Source: Acidimicrobiaceae bacterium (GTDB lineage: Bacteria; Actinomycetota; Acidimicrobiia; Acidimicrobiales; Bog-793). From it: DNA of 36,123 nt. The stretch covers positions 1 to 36,123 of the forward strand of contig DAHUZG010000078.1 in assembly GCA_027306715.1 (NCBI GenBank). The letters run 5' to 3'. The notes beneath the pieces were generated by a model. The model was not told the DNA's origin. It saw nothing but the letters and a program-made list of their open reading frames with translations, and made no database searches. Shown here one piece after another: positions 34,618-36,123 of this stretch (the stretch's first letter is position 1; each line of letters begins with the position of its first letter). The translations under genes were made by a program, and so were the position numbers.

Positions 34618-35382
34618 TCAGGCGCACAGCGCCGCCTCGGTCTTCTCCCGGCAGGCATAGAGGCTTCGCCGAGCCCCCGCCCCCGAGGCGACGAGCTCGT
34701 CGATCGAATAGCCGAGCACCCGTGTCTGAAACACGAGCCGCAGGCCCCTCCGGTCCTCGCGGGAGGCCCCGGGCGTGGTGAGCGCTACGGCGAGGTCCTC
34801 GAGGGTGCTCGCTCGCCGGGGCTGCTGCGGCCAACCTCCCTGGCGATCGCCAAGGACCGAGAGCGAGGCCTCCTCGGCCGAAGCCTCGCGGCGCGTCCGG
34901 CGCCGGTGGGAGTAGATCGCGTAGTCGAGGCGCCGGCGGACCCGACGGAGAAGCTCGCGCTCGGGGTACCCGAAGCTCTGCCCGGCCATCGAGAAAAGGC
35001 CGATCCAGGCCTCGCTCACCAGGTCGGCGGTGAACTCCGAGGCGTCTGTCCACGGGCCGTCCCCGCCCCAGCGAAGCTGCCGGCCGACGGCGATCAGGCC
35101 GGGGACGGCCCGGGCGAGAAGGCCGAGGGCGACCAGCTCGTCGAGTCCGGCACAGCGCACGAGCGCCGCGCTAGCAAGCAGGCGTGTCGAAGCGGGCAGT
35201 CCGAAGCGGGGGTCGAGCGTCGCGAACAGCCCGTCGAGGCTCGTCGCCCCAAGCGCTGAGAGATCGGGCTCGACGGCGACGAGCTCGCTGAGCAGCTCAG
35301 CAGAGCCTGCGGCTCGGCAGCGCCGGGACCATTCGGCGCGTAGGGAGGCGATCGGGTCGGTGGGCATCTGCGAAGGGTCCAC
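34618..35382 (-). CDS. ECF-like sigma-70 family protein candidate with N-terminal extension
   Basis: By-eye region-2-like ADLVSEAWIGLF…LLRRVRRRLDYAIYSHRRR and region-4-like LRLVFQTRVLGYSIDELVASGAGARRSLYACREKTEAAL. About 95 unassigned N-terminal residues. Start GTG 35382 or ATG 35367. Confidence 0.5.
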   Translation of the reverse strand: MDPSQMPTDPIASLRAEWSRRCRAAGSAELLSELVAVEPDLSALGATSLDGLFATLDPRFGLPASTRLLASAALVRCAGLDELVALGLLARAVPGLIAVGRQLRWGGDGPWTDASEFTADLVSEAWIGLFSMAGQSFGYPERELLRRVRRRLDYAIYSHRRRTRREASAEEASLSVLGDRQGGWPQQPRRASTLEDLAVALTTPGASREDRRGLRLVFQTRVLGYSIDELVASGAGARRSLYACREKTEAALCA

Positions 35383-35386
35383 GCCC

Positions 35387-35475
35387 GAGTTCCCGATCGA
35401 GTTCCCGATCGAGTTCCCGAACCGGTTTCCCGAGTTCCTTTTTTCCGCCGGTTCCCGACCCTCGACTTCCCGATC
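35387..35475. repeat. Array of six TTCCCGA-core motifs (consensus GA(G/C)TTCCCGATC), the first three as 12-bp tandem units
   Basis: Cores at 35390, 35402, 35414, 35427, 35452 and 35467, all in the same orientation. Lies in the divergent spacer between 34618-35382 (-) and 35598-35888 (+). Confidence 0.9.
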
Positions 35476-35597
35476 GGCGCGAACTGCCAGCTCACGGCGT
35501 ACAGCGGGCGTTTTCCTCGAAGAGCGGTCCGAGCAAGATTTCTCTGCACAATTCGCGCCGAGGCGCGGCCATGACTACCCGACAAGGAGGTAGTCAC

Positions 35598-35888
35598 ATG
35601 ACAGCTGAGGATCCCTGCACCCGCGGCGACGACCCGCTCGAGGCCGTCCACATCGAAGCCCTCGCCGGCGAGCTGCGCCGAGCGGCGCTCCGCCTCGCCT
35701 GTGTGATCTGCGACCAGGCGTCGGCAGGCACTGGCGAGGCTCTCGTCGGGCTCGCCGACCTCGGTGGCTTCGCGCTGTGGGCGCTCGAGGCGGCGATCGA
35801 GGACGTCGTCGAGCTCCCCTCCCGCGCGGCGGCCTGTCGCGCGCCGGGCCCCTGTGAAGTTGCCTCTCGCATGGTGGTCGCGCCATGA
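35598..35888 (+). CDS. Hypothetical small acidic protein
   Basis: ATG 35598 lies 7 nt after a strong AAGGAGG. 96 aa, no recognisable motif. Stop overlaps the next start (ATGA). Confidence 0.45.
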   Translation: MTAEDPCTRGDDPLEAVHIEALAGELRRAALRLACVICDQASAGTGEALVGLADLGGFALWALEAAIEDVVELPSRAAACRAPGPCEVASRMVVAP

Positions 35889-36123
35889 CGCACAATGGGT
35901 GCATCGAGAACGCACTCGAAAAGATCAGAAGGCTACGACACCACCTCTGGCGCCCGGAGACCCGGCGCGGCCGGTGCGCCACGCCCGCTGCATCTTGCAA
36001 GCGCAGGCAGCTACTCGCCGCCGTGCTCTCCGCAGCCCTCGTCGGCGGCTTCTCGGGAACCCTCGCGGCGGCTCCTTTTGCTTTCGCCTCGGGCCCGGTC
36101 GCCGAGCAGGAAAGCTTCGGCTA
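35885..36123 (+). CDS. Hypothetical exported protein (3' end outside the window)
   Basis: Not in the ORF track because it has no stop in the window. Own translation from ATG 35885: MTHNGCIENALEKIRRLRHHLWRPETRRGRCATPAASCKRRQLLAAVLSAALVGGFSGTLAAAPFAFASGPVAEQESFG, open to the edge. Signal-peptide-like h-region ending AFA-S. Confidence 0.4.
   Translation, partial: MTHNGCIENALEKIRRLRHHLWRPETRRGRCATPAASCKRRQLLAAVLSAALVGGFSGTLAAAPFAFASGPVAEQESFG

Larger units (their letters stand above)
26669..36123. mobile_element. Integrated element at tRNA-Ala (integrase, excisionase-type HTH, Prim-Pol); right boundary outside the window
   Basis: Integrase starts about 90 nt after the tRNA 3' end. The region 26745-28800 is visibly more A/T-rich. 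Integration/replication genes are present. No second copy of the tRNA 3' half was found before 36123. Confidence 0.7.

Noticed and set aside
35573-35595. 7-bp inverted repeat GACTACC…GGTAGTC around the SD of the 35598 ORF as an SD-sequestering switch
   Set aside because: The AAGGAGG sequence lies mostly in the 9-nt loop and only its last two G residues are paired. Sequestration is therefore weak and the structure is unconvincing as a regulator.
28266-36123. Search for attR (a second copy of the tRNA-Ala 3' half) inside the window
   Set aside because: No match to GGTTCGAGTCCC or CGCCTCCACC was seen by eye downstream of the integrase. The element's right boundary cannot be placed and the window does not hold a complete element.

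Overview
Very GC-rich, Actinobacteria-like chromosomal segment. PAC2, SARP/BTAD and Prim-Pol-type genes point that way, but the taxon cannot be fixed from sequence alone.

Gene order:
(1) 1-3.7 kb, housekeeping: lipA (5' end cut by the window), an M24 Xaa-Pro peptidase, a PAC2-family protein and a HAD phosphatase.
(2) 3.7-19.7 kb: an IclR-centred catabolic island of unknown substrate. It holds three CocE/NonD (peptidase S15) hydrolase paralogues (one interrupted by an in-frame TAG), two Amidohydro_2 (ACMSD-type) paralogues, two SDRs and a BKACE/DUF849 beta-keto-acid cleavage enzyme. It also holds a 3-hydroxyacyl-CoA-dehydrogenase-family enzyme, a cyclase/cupin pair, an M24-fold protein with a non-canonical metal-ligand set and a D-2-hydroxyacid dehydrogenase.
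(3) 20.2-24.0 kb: a ribose-type ABC importer (binding protein, double-cassette ATPase, permease).
(4) leuS and a divergently placed tRNA-Ala(GGC).
(5) 26.7-36.1 kb, from the tRNA 3' end to the window edge: an integrated mobile element (tyrosine integrase, excisionase-type HTH, Prim-Pol replicase) whose right end is outside the window.

The element's cargo is the most unusual part of the window. It is a co-directional module of three genes: an ECF-like sigma-factor candidate, a single-pass membrane protein with a long Thr/Ala/Pro stalk, and a polytopic membrane protein joining an extracytoplasmic LysM domain to a cytoplasmic SARP-type (wHTH+BTAD) regulator. The module is flanked by two intergenic arrays of a shared GA(G/C)TTCCCGATC motif.

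A second recurring theme is short tandem repeats (12-21 bp units) in many intergenic spacers; two of them duplicate a stop codon.

Most long track ORFs lying antisense to the called genes are GC-driven shadow ORFs and were not called.
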